Notes: generated by a model from the sequence alone, not told the origin. Numbered from the stretch's first letter, positions 37,086 through 47,206 are shown. The stretch is DNA of 64,000 nucleotides from Candidatus Sumerlaeaceae bacterium (GCA_051003195.1 JBPCLP010000025.1:96001-160000); one strand, 5' to 3'. Program-made: numbers and translations.

Positions 37086-37985
37086 ATGGCAGACTCTATT
37101 AACGACTTACTGGACGAGAACCAGAAGGCGGCCGAGCAGCTCCTACTGAACATCACCGCGGCAAAGGACCTCATTCACAATGTGAACGATAACTTCCTGG
37201 TGCCGCTTCAACATCGCGTGATGAAGGACAGCTCAAAGGATCTTGTCGAAGTGCTCGAGGAACTAAAGGCCAGGCTGGTAACGGAGAACACCGAGTTTAA
37301 CCAGTACCGCGATAAGCTTACTGAGCATTTTCACCATATTGAACGGAAAGTTCACGAACTGGACGTCCGCGTCGACGACGTGGAAGACTCCCTTGTGGCC
37401 ATGTGGGACGCGATCCGCAAGAATGTGGAAGTGCTGACTGAACTGACTGGGGAGCACGACGAGGAGGAAGAAGAGCGCTCCGGGAATCTGTTCGAACAGA
37501 TAAGGGAGCAGATGGAACAGGTGACACATCAGCAGCAAAAGAAGGGGTTGCTCTTCGACGAGTTGCACGCCGCAACGGAAGCCGCGCAGGACCAGGTGGA
37601 ACAGCTGGCCACGGAACACGACAGTGCCATAGATAGACTGGGCCAGGCGCTCGCTGAAAAACACGACACGCTGCAGGAGGTATTCAAGCAGCTGGCGGCT
37701 TATCACCTGGAGCAGGATGAGGAGACGTTCTCCACGGTGGGCGAGTCCATATCGCGCGCCGCAGAGAATGTGCTATCGAAGCTCGGCGAAGAAGTTCCGG
37801 GATCGCTGAACTCCTCGGCGGAGGACGTGGTTGGCGGACCATTCAGTCAGCTGCTTGAGGCGGCGTCGCAGAAGCATGAGTCGCTGGCAGAGGAGATCCA
37901 GCAGATCCTCGAGAAGATGCAGGAAGTTACCAGCTCGCTCAACGAAGTAAAACCGGTACTGAACACCATCGAATCCATTGGCTGA
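37086..37985 (+). CDS. Unknown acidic helical protein 1 (299 aa)
   Basis: ATG preceded by GGAAAGG; E/D/Q/L/H-rich with amphipathic periodicity; no signal peptide. Confidence 0.8.
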   Translation: MADSINDLLDENQKAAEQLLLNITAAKDLIHNVNDNFLVPLQHRVMKDSSKDLVEVLEELKARLVTENTEFNQYRDKLTEHFHHIERKVHELDVRVDDVEDSLVAMWDAIRKNVEVLTELTGEHDEEEEERSGNLFEQIREQMEQVTHQQQKKGLLFDELHAATEAAQDQVEQLATEHDSAIDRLGQALAEKHDTLQEVFKQLAAYHLEQDEETFSTVGESISRAAENVLSKLGEEVPGSLNSSAEDVVGGPFSQLLEAASQKHESLAEEIQQILEKMQEVTSSLNEVKPVLNTIESIG

Positions 37986-38013
37986 GAGACGCACGGCGGA
38001 AAGGACGTAACTC

Positions 38014-39003
38014 ATGGCACCCAGGGACGCGCAGGTTTCTACAGACGAAGCGATTCAGAACCTCAAGACGCTGCTTGGCACGCTACAGTCGGTAAACGAA
38101 AGCATGACGACGGAAATGGAGGAGATCCGCGGGCAGAATGACGAGCGTGAAAAATTTGTGAACGAGATCGACCACGAGATCGAGGACCTTACGCGTCGAC
38201 TGAAGGAGTACGACGACAAGGTCGAGCAGGGTATGAACGCGGTTGAGAGCAACATCAATGAGGATTTCAAATACGACTTTTTCATCCGTATACAGGACAT
38301 GACGCAGGCGTACCACCAAGAGGTGGACAGCACGATTATTCTGTCGAACGATACTCACGCGAGCCTTCAGAGCGCGCACGAGCAGTTCATATCGGCGCAT
38401 GAAGATTACATGCACGTGGAGTTGGAATCGCTGGAAGTTACCAGTGGGATAAGCGATGATACCAACGCGGCGTACGAAGCGCTGCACACCAGCCTGCAAG
38501 AGGCGAAGGAGCACGCGGAGTCGCACGTTGCAGAAGCCGGCGAAGCGCTTACTGGCGCGACCGCGCACCTGGCAGAGGACGCGGTCAATACGGCTTCTGA
38601 AGTCTTTGACGCCCTGGTGGATGCCGTCACTGGCGGGTTGATGGACACTTCCACGGAAACGTGGTCTCTTTTCAAGGAGCGGTGCGAGAACTGCACTTCA
38701 GATTTTTCAGGTTGGGTGGATACTATTGCAACCGAAACAGATGGGCTGGGGCGCGAAGCGCTGGAGAGTCTTGGCAAGCATCTGGACGATCAGCTGAAGT
38801 CGCCGCTGGAGCAGCTGTTCGACAAAGCGCGTGAAGATGGCGTTGCTTCAGTGATGGACGAAGTTGCAGAGCTGCTCAACGTGATGGGTGTCAGCACCAC
38901 CGCCGCGGCAGCGCTTAGCCCGCTGCTGCCGGCACTCTGTGTTGTCGAAGCGGTGCTGGATGCGTTTGAGAAAATCCTCGAAGCTTTAACCCTCGGCGAC
39001 TGA
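38014..39003 (+). CDS. Unknown acidic helical protein 2 (329 aa) with hydrophobic C-terminal segment
   Basis: GGAAAGGA RBS; C-terminal LLNVMGVSTTAAAALSPLLPALCVVEAVL. Confidence 0.8.
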   Translation: MAPRDAQVSTDEAIQNLKTLLGTLQSVNESMTTEMEEIRGQNDEREKFVNEIDHEIEDLTRRLKEYDDKVEQGMNAVESNINEDFKYDFFIRIQDMTQAYHQEVDSTIILSNDTHASLQSAHEQFISAHEDYMHVELESLEVTSGISDDTNAAYEALHTSLQEAKEHAESHVAEAGEALTGATAHLAEDAVNTASEVFDALVDAVTGGLMDTSTETWSLFKERCENCTSDFSGWVDTIATETDGLGREALESLGKHLDDQLKSPLEQLFDKAREDGVASVMDEVAELLNVMGVSTTAAAALSPLLPALCVVEAVLDAFEKILEALTLGD

Positions 39004-39025
39004 CGGGTCAGGAAAGGTACGCGAA

Positions 39026-39955
39026 ATGGATCCACGTGCACAGATGCTCGGCTCAATGGCCATCGAATTGCCTCGCGAGCTGAACACGATAGAAGGCCAG
39101 CTCCGCAATATCCTGGAGCTGTTTCACGAGTTTGTAAACAGTCTGAACGACAAGTACAACGCACTCGGCGATATGCAGACGGAGTTCGACGAAGCCCTGG
39201 AGTCGTATAAGACGATCTTCGAGGGGCACCACCATTACCTGGATGGCCTCATCGACAAGTTGGAGAACCTGTCGGCGTCGGTTCTTAAAGCCGTGAACGA
39301 GACGCAGGAGGATTTGGTCGAGGCACTGGTCGAGATCCAGAAGGAACAGATTGAGGCCATCGTGGAGCAGATGACCCACGCCAAACAGCAGAAGCAGGAC
39401 TGGTGGGAGCAGTGGCGCAACGGCAGCATCCTCTTTCAGCAGAAAGCGATGGCATCGCAGGCGTCACTGGAGAAGAACGTGTCCGAGGTGCAGGACTTCG
39501 TGAAATCGCTTGGACACCTTGTGGCGGAGGGGCGCGAACTCTCGGAAGCAAAGGTGGAGACGCTGTCGCAGCGAATGCAGCAGGTGCACCATGACGCCGG
39601 CGAAAAGGTGCAGCAGATGAGTACGCTTTTTGAGGAGATGCACGAGCAGTTCAGCCAGCAGCTCAACACAGCGCGCGAGCACCAGCTTGGGCCGCAGATC
39701 GGGAAACTGCTGGAAGGCTTTGAGCAGAAACTTACGGGCGAATTGACGCCGAAAATGGATGAGCATACGAGCGGGCTGGGCGAGTGCGTTGCTCAGCTTG
39801 CGGAGCAGCTCATCAGCTCCCGGGATCGATCTTCATCCGTACGCCAGGAGCTTGCGCCCCAGGCCGACGCCGTAAACGAGCTGGTCAATCCGATCGGCAG
39901 CGCATTGGAAGCAGCAAAGGAAGCGGTGGGCAAGGTCGGGCTGACGCTCGGCTGA
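39026..39955 (+). CDS. Unknown acidic helical protein 3 (309 aa)
   Basis: GGAAAGG RBS; E/Q-rich helical pattern; ends AVGKVGLTLG. Confidence 0.8.
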   Translation: MDPRAQMLGSMAIELPRELNTIEGQLRNILELFHEFVNSLNDKYNALGDMQTEFDEALESYKTIFEGHHHYLDGLIDKLENLSASVLKAVNETQEDLVEALVEIQKEQIEAIVEQMTHAKQQKQDWWEQWRNGSILFQQKAMASQASLEKNVSEVQDFVKSLGHLVAEGRELSEAKVETLSQRMQQVHHDAGEKVQQMSTLFEEMHEQFSQQLNTAREHQLGPQIGKLLEGFEQKLTGELTPKMDEHTSGLGECVAQLAEQLISSRDRSSSVRQELAPQADAVNELVNPIGSALEAAKEAVGKVGLTLG

Positions 39956-39969
39956 GAGGGAGACGATAA

Positions 39970-40872
39970 ATGGCAGAGAATGAGTTTGAGCAGGTTGCTG
40001 TCCACTGCGTGGAGGAGATACTGTCGTTCCAGCACCTTGCCAACGCGATGGAGGAAACTCTGACGGAGTGGAACTCCAAGCTGCACGAGAAGATTGTTGA
40101 GTATAACAACCACTGGGACGAGATAAAGGACGCTCACGATCAGCTGGTAACTACGCTCAAAGATGAGGTGCAGGAGCAAAGCGAAGAACTGGGTAAGATA
40201 ACCGGCGAAATCGAAGCGGCGTCCAACTCGCTGCACCAGCTTCTCGCCAAGGCAACGGAGCAGAAATTTGTTCTGGAGGAGGCGACCCGTATTTTCGGCA
40301 CGTCTCTAAAAGATTACTTCGAGAAGCACAAGGATCGCCAGGCCAAACAGGCAGACGCTCACCACCAGCTCATCAGCGCCTACGAAGAGAACGGTGCGGA
40401 AGTCGAGCAAGCGGACGAGACGATTGGGTCACTACTCAGCGGCTTTGCCGCGAAGGTTACGGAGCACTCCGAACACACTGGCGAGCGGATGGCCCACATG
40501 CACGAGCAGCTGGATCAGCACGCCGAGCTGGCCGGCCACGAATACGAAACACTGGCACAGCAGCTGGACGAGGTGCACGAAGGCGCCCGGCAAAAGCTGA
40601 CGGAGCACCAGGAAGAGCTGTTGGGGTCGTGCATCGAAGTTGCCGGGATGCTGGAAGAGGGGCTCTCGCAGAGCGTCGGCCTGCTTGCCGAGGCCGCCGA
40701 GGCGCTTGGTGCAGATTTCAGCGGTCTTCGTGAAAAGGTGGAGGAGATCGCCAGCAACCTGCAGGAATCTGCGGATGACGTCCACGGCGAGCTGCACGCC
40801 ACCGCACAGGGGCTGGAGAAATCCGTGGAGACCCTGGGCGGACTACAGAAGCTTCTGGAAAAATTTAGCTGA
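39970..40872 (+). CDS. Unknown acidic, His-rich helical protein 4 (300 aa)
   Basis: GAGGGAG RBS; no proline seen; apolipoprotein-like 11-residue periodicity by eye. Confidence 0.8.
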   Translation: MAENEFEQVAVHCVEEILSFQHLANAMEETLTEWNSKLHEKIVEYNNHWDEIKDAHDQLVTTLKDEVQEQSEELGKITGEIEAASNSLHQLLAKATEQKFVLEEATRIFGTSLKDYFEKHKDRQAKQADAHHQLISAYEENGAEVEQADETIGSLLSGFAAKVTEHSEHTGERMAHMHEQLDQHAELAGHEYETLAQQLDEVHEGARQKLTEHQEELLGSCIEVAGMLEEGLSQSVGLLAEAAEALGADFSGLREKVEEIASNLQESADDVHGELHATAQGLEKSVETLGGLQKLLEKFS

Positions 40873-40922
40873 CGCTGGCTACTGGAGCGCGCGTCCGTTT
40901 TCTCTCCCGCCGATCATTTCTG

Positions 40923-42155
40923 GTGTCGAGCGCAACGGCTGCGGCGGCGATGGCATCGATGTCCTTTCACGCCGTGGAGCCGCATCGTAAGCGCGTTGCT
41001 GTTATTGGCACCGAGATGCGCCGCCATTCGCATGCGCAGCATTTCATCGATCGGCTTCTTCTCGGCTACACATGGGCGGGAGAGTGGCGCATCCCAGAGG
41101 TCGAACTTGTCTCGATCTACATGGACCAGTTCCCCGACGGCGATCTTGTCCGCGCACGGGCGCAGGAGCATTGTGTTACGATCTACCCGAGCGTTGCCGA
41201 GGCGCTTACCCTGGGTACGTCGACGCTGGCGGTAGACGGAGTCCTGATCATCGGCGAACACGGCAATTATCCGCGAAACGATAAAGGCCAAACGCTTTAT
41301 CCGCGCTATGAATTCTTTAAGCAGGTAACGAAAGTGTTCGAGTCGAGCGGTCGGAGCGTTCCGATCTTCAACGACAAACATTTGTCGACAGAATGGTCGA
41401 AATGCGCGGAAATGGTTGCGGAATCAAAGAGGCTGGGATTCGTGTTCATGGCGGGCTCTTCGTTGCCGTTCACGCGGCGGATGCCGGCCGTAGATGTGCC
41501 AACCGATACTCCGCTTACCGAAAGCGTATGCGCGGGATATGGCGAAGCAGACAGCTACGACTTTCATGGCCTGGAGGCAGCACAATGCATGTCGGAACGC
41601 CGGAAAGGCGGTGAAGTGGGAATCTGGCGCGTAACGGCATTACGCGGGGAAGCGATGTGGGAGCATGCCGCCTCGCGGCCCTCGACTGTGCGTTTGCTCG
41701 AGGCCGCGCTCACGCGAAGCCACACCCTTCCCGTCGAGCTTGGGTATCTTGCGCATGCAATCACGTTTGAATGGGTGCGCAGCGTTTTTCCGCAGGCTTG
41801 GGCATACTTCATTGAGCACCGCGACGGGTTTCATACGACGCTGTTCATGTTACCGATCCAGGATTTCAATTACGCCGGACTGAACGGCAGTACCGGACAA
41901 ATCATCTCCTGCCAGATGTACCTTCCCATGCCGCTACGCGGATCCACAACGGCGGATTTTTTCAACCCGCAGATCCGAACTGTCGAGCGCATGGTTGTCG
42001 AGAATGCCGCGCCAAATCCAGTCGAACGGACGCTGCTGACATCCGGAATGACACTGGCGGGCGTGGAATCACTGCACCGCGGCGAGCGGGTTGACACTCC
42101 CGAAATGGATGTGCGCTATACGGCACAGAAAGAATCGTTGTACTGGCGCGATTAA
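40923..42155 (+). CDS. Conserved hypothetical protein with Rossmann-like/Gfo-Idh-MocA-related fold, probably Tat-exported
   Basis: LAVDGVLIIGEHGNYP, IFNDKHLS, FMAGSSLP, YDFHGLE, PNPVERTLLTSG; in-frame SRRSFL just upstream of the listed start. Confidence 0.7.
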   Translation: MSSATAAAAMASMSFHAVEPHRKRVAVIGTEMRRHSHAQHFIDRLLLGYTWAGEWRIPEVELVSIYMDQFPDGDLVRARAQEHCVTIYPSVAEALTLGTSTLAVDGVLIIGEHGNYPRNDKGQTLYPRYEFFKQVTKVFESSGRSVPIFNDKHLSTEWSKCAEMVAESKRLGFVFMAGSSLPFTRRMPAVDVPTDTPLTESVCAGYGEADSYDFHGLEAAQCMSERRKGGEVGIWRVTALRGEAMWEHAASRPSTVRLLEAALTRSHTLPVELGYLAHAITFEWVRSVFPQAWAYFIEHRDGFHTTLFMLPIQDFNYAGLNGSTGQIISCQMYLPMPLRGSTTADFFNPQIRTVERMVVENAAPNPVERTLLTSGMTLAGVESLHRGERVDTPEMDVRYTAQKESLYWRD

Positions 42156-42211
42156 TGGCGGACGGCACACGGAGTGCGCCTGCTACTATCCCGAAGTGGA
42201 AAGTTGAACTC

Positions 42212-43894
42212 ATGAAACAATTGCTGATCTCTTTTTTGATAATCACCGCGGGTGGATGCCGGCTGCCGGCCGCAGAAGTGATAAATGTGGTTCCACTGCC
42301 GGCGCAGTTCCGGGTATCCGGCGAACCGTTTATACTTAACGCGTCGACGCGGCTGCTGCACGGTAGTGGCAGTGGTTCATCGGAGACAGCGGGACTGCTG
42401 GCGGACCAGCTTCGCATGGTGACAGGGTTTCCGATCGCCACGGGGCTGTATGAGAGTGGTACAACTGCCACAAACGCGATTACCCTGACGACGGACGGCG
42501 CGGACACTGCACTTGGCGAGGAGGGTTATGAGCTGATCTGCTCGGCGCAGCACATCGTAGTACGTGCTCCACGCGAGGCGGGTTTATTTTACGGCACACA
42601 GACGCTGCGCCAGCTTCTGCCGCCGCAGGTCGAATCCAGGACAACTTCCACTGTCGCGATGCAATGGCAGGTCCCCGGCGTTCGAATCTGGGACCGTCCC
42701 CGGTTCGGGTACCGCGGGTTTATGCTCGATTCGAGCCGCTACCTGCAAAGCGAGGAATTCGTGCGGCGCACTATCGACCTGATGGCATACCATAAGCTGA
42801 ACCGCTTTCACTGGCACCTGACGGATGATCCGGGCTGGAGGCTGGAGATAAAGAAGTATCCGAAGCTGACATCCGTGGGCGCATGGCGCGAACAGCACGG
42901 CGGCTATGGCGGCTTCTTTACACAAGACCAGGTCCGCAGCATCGTTGCCTACGCCGCGCAGCGGCAGATCACGGTCATTCCGGAGATTGAGATGCCCGGT
43001 CACAGCGCCGCGGCCGTGGCATCGTATCCGCAGATCACGTGCGATCCTGTTCCCGATGCGGCTGCCACGAAAGTGGGAGGTGGTATCAACACGTACTGCC
43101 CCGGCAAACCGGAGACGTTCGAGTTTATCGAGAATACCCTGACGGAAGTGCTCGATCTGTTTCCATCTGCCGTTATTCACATCGGCGGCGATGAATGCAG
43201 CAAGGAGCGCTGGAAAGTGTGTCCGCGCTGCCAGGCGGTGATGCAGCGCGAATCCCTCGCCAGCGAGGAAGCGCTTCAAAGCTGGTTTACCGGGAAAGTT
43301 GCCGCGTTTCTTCGCAGCAAGGGTCGGAGACTGATGGGCTGGAATGAGATTATGCAGGGGGGCAGCCTGCCGAAGGATGCCATAGTGCACCAGTGGAACG
43401 ATGACGAGGCTTCCATTAAAGCCGCGCGTGCCGGGAACGACGTGGTCGTATCGCGGGCAGCATGGACGTATTTTGATCACGCCTGGGATCGCGAGTCGCT
43501 GACGGGGCTTCACAACCTTCTTAAAATCCAGGGTGTAGGAGAACCGGAAAAGACGGGGTACGGGATCACGCCGCTGCGAAGGGTGTACGAATCGGACCCG
43601 GTCCCGCCCGGGCTCACCCCAGCCGAAGCCGCGCACATTCTTGGAGAGCAAGCGCAGCTGTGGACAGAGCTGCGCGCTACGGACGCGGCCGCGGATCAAT
43701 ACATCTGGCCTCGCCTCGTCGCACTGGCAGAGGCCTCGTGGTCCCCTCGCGAAAAGCTGGACTGGAAGGGTTTCACAAACCGGCTTAAATCCGCGCACTT
43801 CGAACGGCTTGCGTTGCGCGGACTCGGGAATGCTTCTACGGGCTCCGACACTATCGTGCAAAGCCTCACACTGCGATCGGGCTTCGAAGACTGA
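42212..43894 (+). CDS. Beta-N-acetylhexosaminidase (GH20)
   Basis: DRPRFGYRGFMLDSSR, FHWHLTDD, IPEIEMPGH, HIGGDE catalytic motif, LWTE. Confidence 0.95.
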   Translation: MKQLLISFLIITAGGCRLPAAEVINVVPLPAQFRVSGEPFILNASTRLLHGSGSGSSETAGLLADQLRMVTGFPIATGLYESGTTATNAITLTTDGADTALGEEGYELICSAQHIVVRAPREAGLFYGTQTLRQLLPPQVESRTTSTVAMQWQVPGVRIWDRPRFGYRGFMLDSSRYLQSEEFVRRTIDLMAYHKLNRFHWHLTDDPGWRLEIKKYPKLTSVGAWREQHGGYGGFFTQDQVRSIVAYAAQRQITVIPEIEMPGHSAAAVASYPQITCDPVPDAAATKVGGGINTYCPGKPETFEFIENTLTEVLDLFPSAVIHIGGDECSKERWKVCPRCQAVMQRESLASEEALQSWFTGKVAAFLRSKGRRLMGWNEIMQGGSLPKDAIVHQWNDDEASIKAARAGNDVVVSRAAWTYFDHAWDRESLTGLHNLLKIQGVGEPEKTGYGITPLRRVYESDPVPPGLTPAEAAHILGEQAQLWTELRATDAAADQYIWPRLVALAEASWSPREKLDWKGFTNRLKSAHFERLALRGLGNASTGSDTIVQSLTLRSGFED

Positions 43895-43932
43895 TTGCGC
43901 ACTGTTGCGCAAGCTATCAGGGGCAAGGAACT

Positions 43933-45384
43933 ATGATAACCACACGACCATTGATCGGGTTGCTGTTTGCCATGTTTGCGTCCACAGCGTGTGCTGCAGC
44001 TTCAAAGCCAAATGTTCTGTTCGTGCTTACGGACGACCAGCGGTGGGACGCGCTGGGAGTGGTGCAGCGCGAGATGGGCGAGCGCGGGCGATTCCCCTGG
44101 CTGGAGACGCCGAATATGGACCGCCTGGCGGCGGGCGGAGTTCGGTTCCGAAATGCATTTGTCACTTCCCCGCTGTGCGCACCCAGTCGTGCGGTGTTCA
44201 TGACGGGACGATACAATCACGTGAACGGCGTCGCGAATAACCACACGTTTTTTCCCGGCGGAGATAACACACTGCAGAGCCAACTGCACGATGCTGGATA
44301 CATAACGGGTCATTTCGGCAAGTGGCATATGGGCGGACAGCGGGGCAAGCGGCCCGGGTTCGATTATTCGGCGAGCTTCATCGGCCAGGGAAAATACTGG
44401 AACTGTCCGTTCGAGATTAATGGCGAAACGACACAGACGCAGGGCTGGGTGGACGACGTGTCGACGAGTTTCACGATTGCCTGGATACGCGAACAGAAGG
44501 ATAAACCGTTCTTCGCCATGGTCGGATATAAGGCACCGCACGGTCCGCACGATCCGCCGGAGCGGGCGAAAAACCGATTCCCGGACGCGGAGGCACGGCC
44601 GGTGCCGAATCTTCACACGCGCGCGATTTTCCGGGTGGATGAGCAGACCACAGTTCCAAGGAAACGGGCTGGCGGTGCCAATCTGCCGCATTTCCGCAGC
44701 CTCTCGGCGGTAGATGATTCGCTTGGCGAACTGCTGGCCGCGCTGGATGACCTTGGGTTGACCGATAACACCGTGGTGGTGTTCGCGGGCGATAACGGCT
44801 ACTATCATGGCGAGCATGGCATCGGCGATAAGCGATCGCTCTACGAGGAATCGCTCCGCATTCCGTTTCTCGTGAGATACCCGAATGGCTTTCCCAAAGG
44901 GAAGACGAACGACTCAATGGTGCTGAACATGGATCTCGCGCCGACGCTGCTGGAATTGGCAGGCGCAGGCATTCCAAAGCAAATGCAGGGCAAGAGCCTG
45001 CTGCCCCTGCTGACCGGGAAAAACGTGGAATGGCGGAACTCATTTCTTGCGGAGTACTTCGAGGAGAAGGGATTCCCTACGACACCGAACGTAGTCGCCG
45101 TTCGAACCGCAGATGCAAAGCTGATCCAATACCCAGGGCACGACGAGTGGACTGAACTTTTCGACCTGAGGCGGGACCCTTACGAAACAAAGAATCTCAT
45201 CGGCGAGGCGCAGAGCAGGGATCTCTTGAAGCGCATGCAGTCGGAATTTGATCGCCAGGTGAAGACGACCGAATACCGGATGCCCGACTACGCAGACAAT
45301 CGCGGTACGACGGTAACCGCGGAGGCTGCGGACGCTGCAGACGTTGCGAAACCGGGGAAACAGCGCAAGCGCAAGTTACGTTGA
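43933..45384 (+). CDS. Sulfatase (formylglycine-dependent, Cys-type)
   Basis: PNVLFVLTDDQR, LCAPSRA signature, GKWH, GDNG, ELFDLRRDPYE. Confidence 0.95.
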   Translation: MITTRPLIGLLFAMFASTACAAASKPNVLFVLTDDQRWDALGVVQREMGERGRFPWLETPNMDRLAAGGVRFRNAFVTSPLCAPSRAVFMTGRYNHVNGVANNHTFFPGGDNTLQSQLHDAGYITGHFGKWHMGGQRGKRPGFDYSASFIGQGKYWNCPFEINGETTQTQGWVDDVSTSFTIAWIREQKDKPFFAMVGYKAPHGPHDPPERAKNRFPDAEARPVPNLHTRAIFRVDEQTTVPRKRAGGANLPHFRSLSAVDDSLGELLAALDDLGLTDNTVVVFAGDNGYYHGEHGIGDKRSLYEESLRIPFLVRYPNGFPKGKTNDSMVLNMDLAPTLLELAGAGIPKQMQGKSLLPLLTGKNVEWRNSFLAEYFEEKGFPTTPNVVAVRTADAKLIQYPGHDEWTELFDLRRDPYETKNLIGEAQSRDLLKRMQSEFDRQVKTTEYRMPDYADNRGTTVTAEAADAADVAKPGKQRKRKLR

Positions 45385-45420
45385 TCACGTGATGTTCAGC
45401 CGGCGCGATACTGTGCGAGA

Positions 45421-45618
45421 CTAGTGCGGTGTCCCATAGATTCGTTACCTATTTTCAGTTTCCGGCGCCCCTTCAGGGCGCGAAACATGGGGCGCCGTAA
45501 CACAGGGCTGCGGATTCCAAAAAGCCGGAATCCTGACCCTGGGCTGAGTTCCGCTGCACCTTCGGTGCAAAAAACTTTAGCCGGAATTCTGCGGCGAATT
45601 TCAGGGACAACGCACAAG
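45421..45618. mobile_element. MITE-like element (family B), copy 1, with internal REP-like palindromes
   Basis: Imperfect TIR CTAGTGCGGTGTCCCATAGATTCG / CGAATTTCAGGGACAACGCACAAG; internal CGCCCCTTCAGGGCG and TGCACCTTCGGTGCA. Confidence 0.7.
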
Positions 45619-45644
45619 TCGTCGGAGTGGGGCTCTGAATGCTG

Positions 45645-46988
45645 CTACAGAGACTGTAGAGCGTCACGTGTGACTTGAAGCGTGTGGTCGATATCTTCTT
45701 CCGTGTGCGATGCGCTGATGGATCCCTGCTTCGCGGGAATGGGAAAATGGTAAATGCCGCGGTGTATGAGCGCGGCACGGTAGGCGCGGTCGAAGTCTGC
45801 GTTGTGGTTTTCCGCCATGTCGTGCCAGTCGCGCGGGATGTGATCGCAAAAATACACGCAGAATGCCGAACCTATGCGGCTGATCTGCACGGTGATGCCT
45901 TTCGCGGCGAAGAGTTCCTGCAGTCCATTCTGCAGGCGCGCGCCAAGTGATTCGAGTTTGGCGTACACCGCGCCGCCGTCGCGCTGAAGCTCCTGGATGG
46001 TGGCGATGGACGCGGCGACCGGTACCGGGTGCCCGTTAAACGTACCCGCGATGAGCACGCGCTTCTTCGGGTCGGCGTCGTCGAACTGCATCATGATGTC
46101 TTCGCGCCCACCGATCACACCGATGGGATGTCCGTTGGCGACTGCCTTGCCGAAAACCGAGAGGTCGGGCCGCACGCCGGCGATGGACTGGTATCCGCCG
46201 AGCGCACTGCGAAAACCGGTCTTTACTTCGTCAAAAACCAGCATTGCTCCATGCCGGTCACACAGTTCGCGCAGTGACTCGAGATAGCCGGGCTGTGGCG
46301 GGATGACTCCGACGTTCTGGAGTACCGGCTCGGTGAGAATGCAGGCTATGGGGTACTTCTTCATTACGTACTCCACGGAATCGGCATCGTTAAAGTTGAC
46401 GATGTGCACCAGCCGGCGGGTTCCCTCGGGAATTCCCGCAGACATGCTGATGAATGGGTATTCGCCGGCGGTGACGCGCGGGCCGATTTCCGAAAGCGCC
46501 GGACTGACCTGTCGCGCGACCTCGTTGTGCCAGCCGTTGTATCCGCCCAGTGTAAGTATGATGTCGTCGCGGCCGGTCCATGCGCGGCTGAGACGGATCG
46601 CATGCGCGGTGGCTTCCGTCCCGGTATTCGTAAGCTGCACACGTTCAAGGGACGGAACTGCGGCGCACAACATATCGCCAAGCTGTGCTTCCCATGGCGT
46701 AGTCCCGCTGCCCATGAGGCTCCAGCCTTCGTCCATGGCGCGGCGCACCGCGTCGTTTACTACCGGAACATTGTGTCCCAGCAAATGCGGCGCGAACGCG
46801 GCGTGGTAGTCGATGTACTCATTGCCATCGGCGTCCCAGATCTTCGATCCCTGTCCACGTACAAACGAAATTCTTGGCGTGGTTTTGCGGTTGAGCGACA
46901 CAACGCCGCCGGCGATCGACTCGCACGCGCGCTGGTAAAGTGCTTCGGACTTTGGATATTCTGTAATCTGCGGGTTTGATTCCGTCAC
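45645..46988 (-). CDS. Class III aminotransferase, glutamate-1-semialdehyde aminomutase-like
   Basis: WDADGNEYID, TGTEAT, LVFDEVKTGFR, FGKAVANG, AGTFNG. Confidence 0.9.
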   Translation of the reverse strand: MTESNPQITEYPKSEALYQRACESIAGGVVSLNRKTTPRISFVRGQGSKIWDADGNEYIDYHAAFAPHLLGHNVPVVNDAVRRAMDEGWSLMGSGTTPWEAQLGDMLCAAVPSLERVQLTNTGTEATAHAIRLSRAWTGRDDIILTLGGYNGWHNEVARQVSPALSEIGPRVTAGEYPFISMSAGIPEGTRRLVHIVNFNDADSVEYVMKKYPIACILTEPVLQNVGVIPPQPGYLESLRELCDRHGAMLVFDEVKTGFRSALGGYQSIAGVRPDLSVFGKAVANGHPIGVIGGREDIMMQFDDADPKKRVLIAGTFNGHPVPVAASIATIQELQRDGGAVYAKLESLGARLQNGLQELFAAKGITVQISRIGSAFCVYFCDHIPRDWHDMAENHNADFDRAYRAALIHRGIYHFPIPAKQGSISASHTEEDIDHTLQVTRDALQSL

Positions 46989-47206
46989 CTGATTAGACCC
47001 TCAGCAATACTCACGCATTCCGGAAGTGGCTCACCATCCTGAAGCATTATTTCGATCGAGAGCTGCGCCACTTCCTGCATATTTCGAATGGCTTCATCCT
47101 TTGATGTGCCGGAGGTAGCCCAGCCCTGGCCTTCCAATCCAGGAACATACGCGAGCCATTTGTCCTCATCGGGTTCGACTCGAATGGGAAAAGTGTATGT
47201 CTTCAT
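46985..47206 (-). CDS. hicB: HicB-family antitoxin (orphan)
   Basis: WLAYVPGLEG..WATSGTSKDEAIRNMQEVAQL.IE....DGEPLP. Confidence 0.8.
   Translation of the reverse strand: MKTYTFPIRVEPDEDKWLAYVPGLEGQGWATSGTSKDEAIRNMQEVAQLSIEIMLQDGEPLPECVSIAEGLIR

Noticed and set aside
37086..40872. Calling the four helical proteins MCPs, SMC, WXG100, PspA or gas-vesicle proteins
   Set aside because: No MCP hairpin signature, no Walker motifs, no central WxG in a 100-aa unit, and none of the expected partner genes; left unassigned
42584..43912. 442-aa - strand ORF
   Set aside because: Antisense shadow of the GH20 gene
45645..46988. Gene symbol hemL
   Set aside because: GSA-aminomutase-like, but in a catabolic context with no hem genes, so it may be a paralog with another substrate
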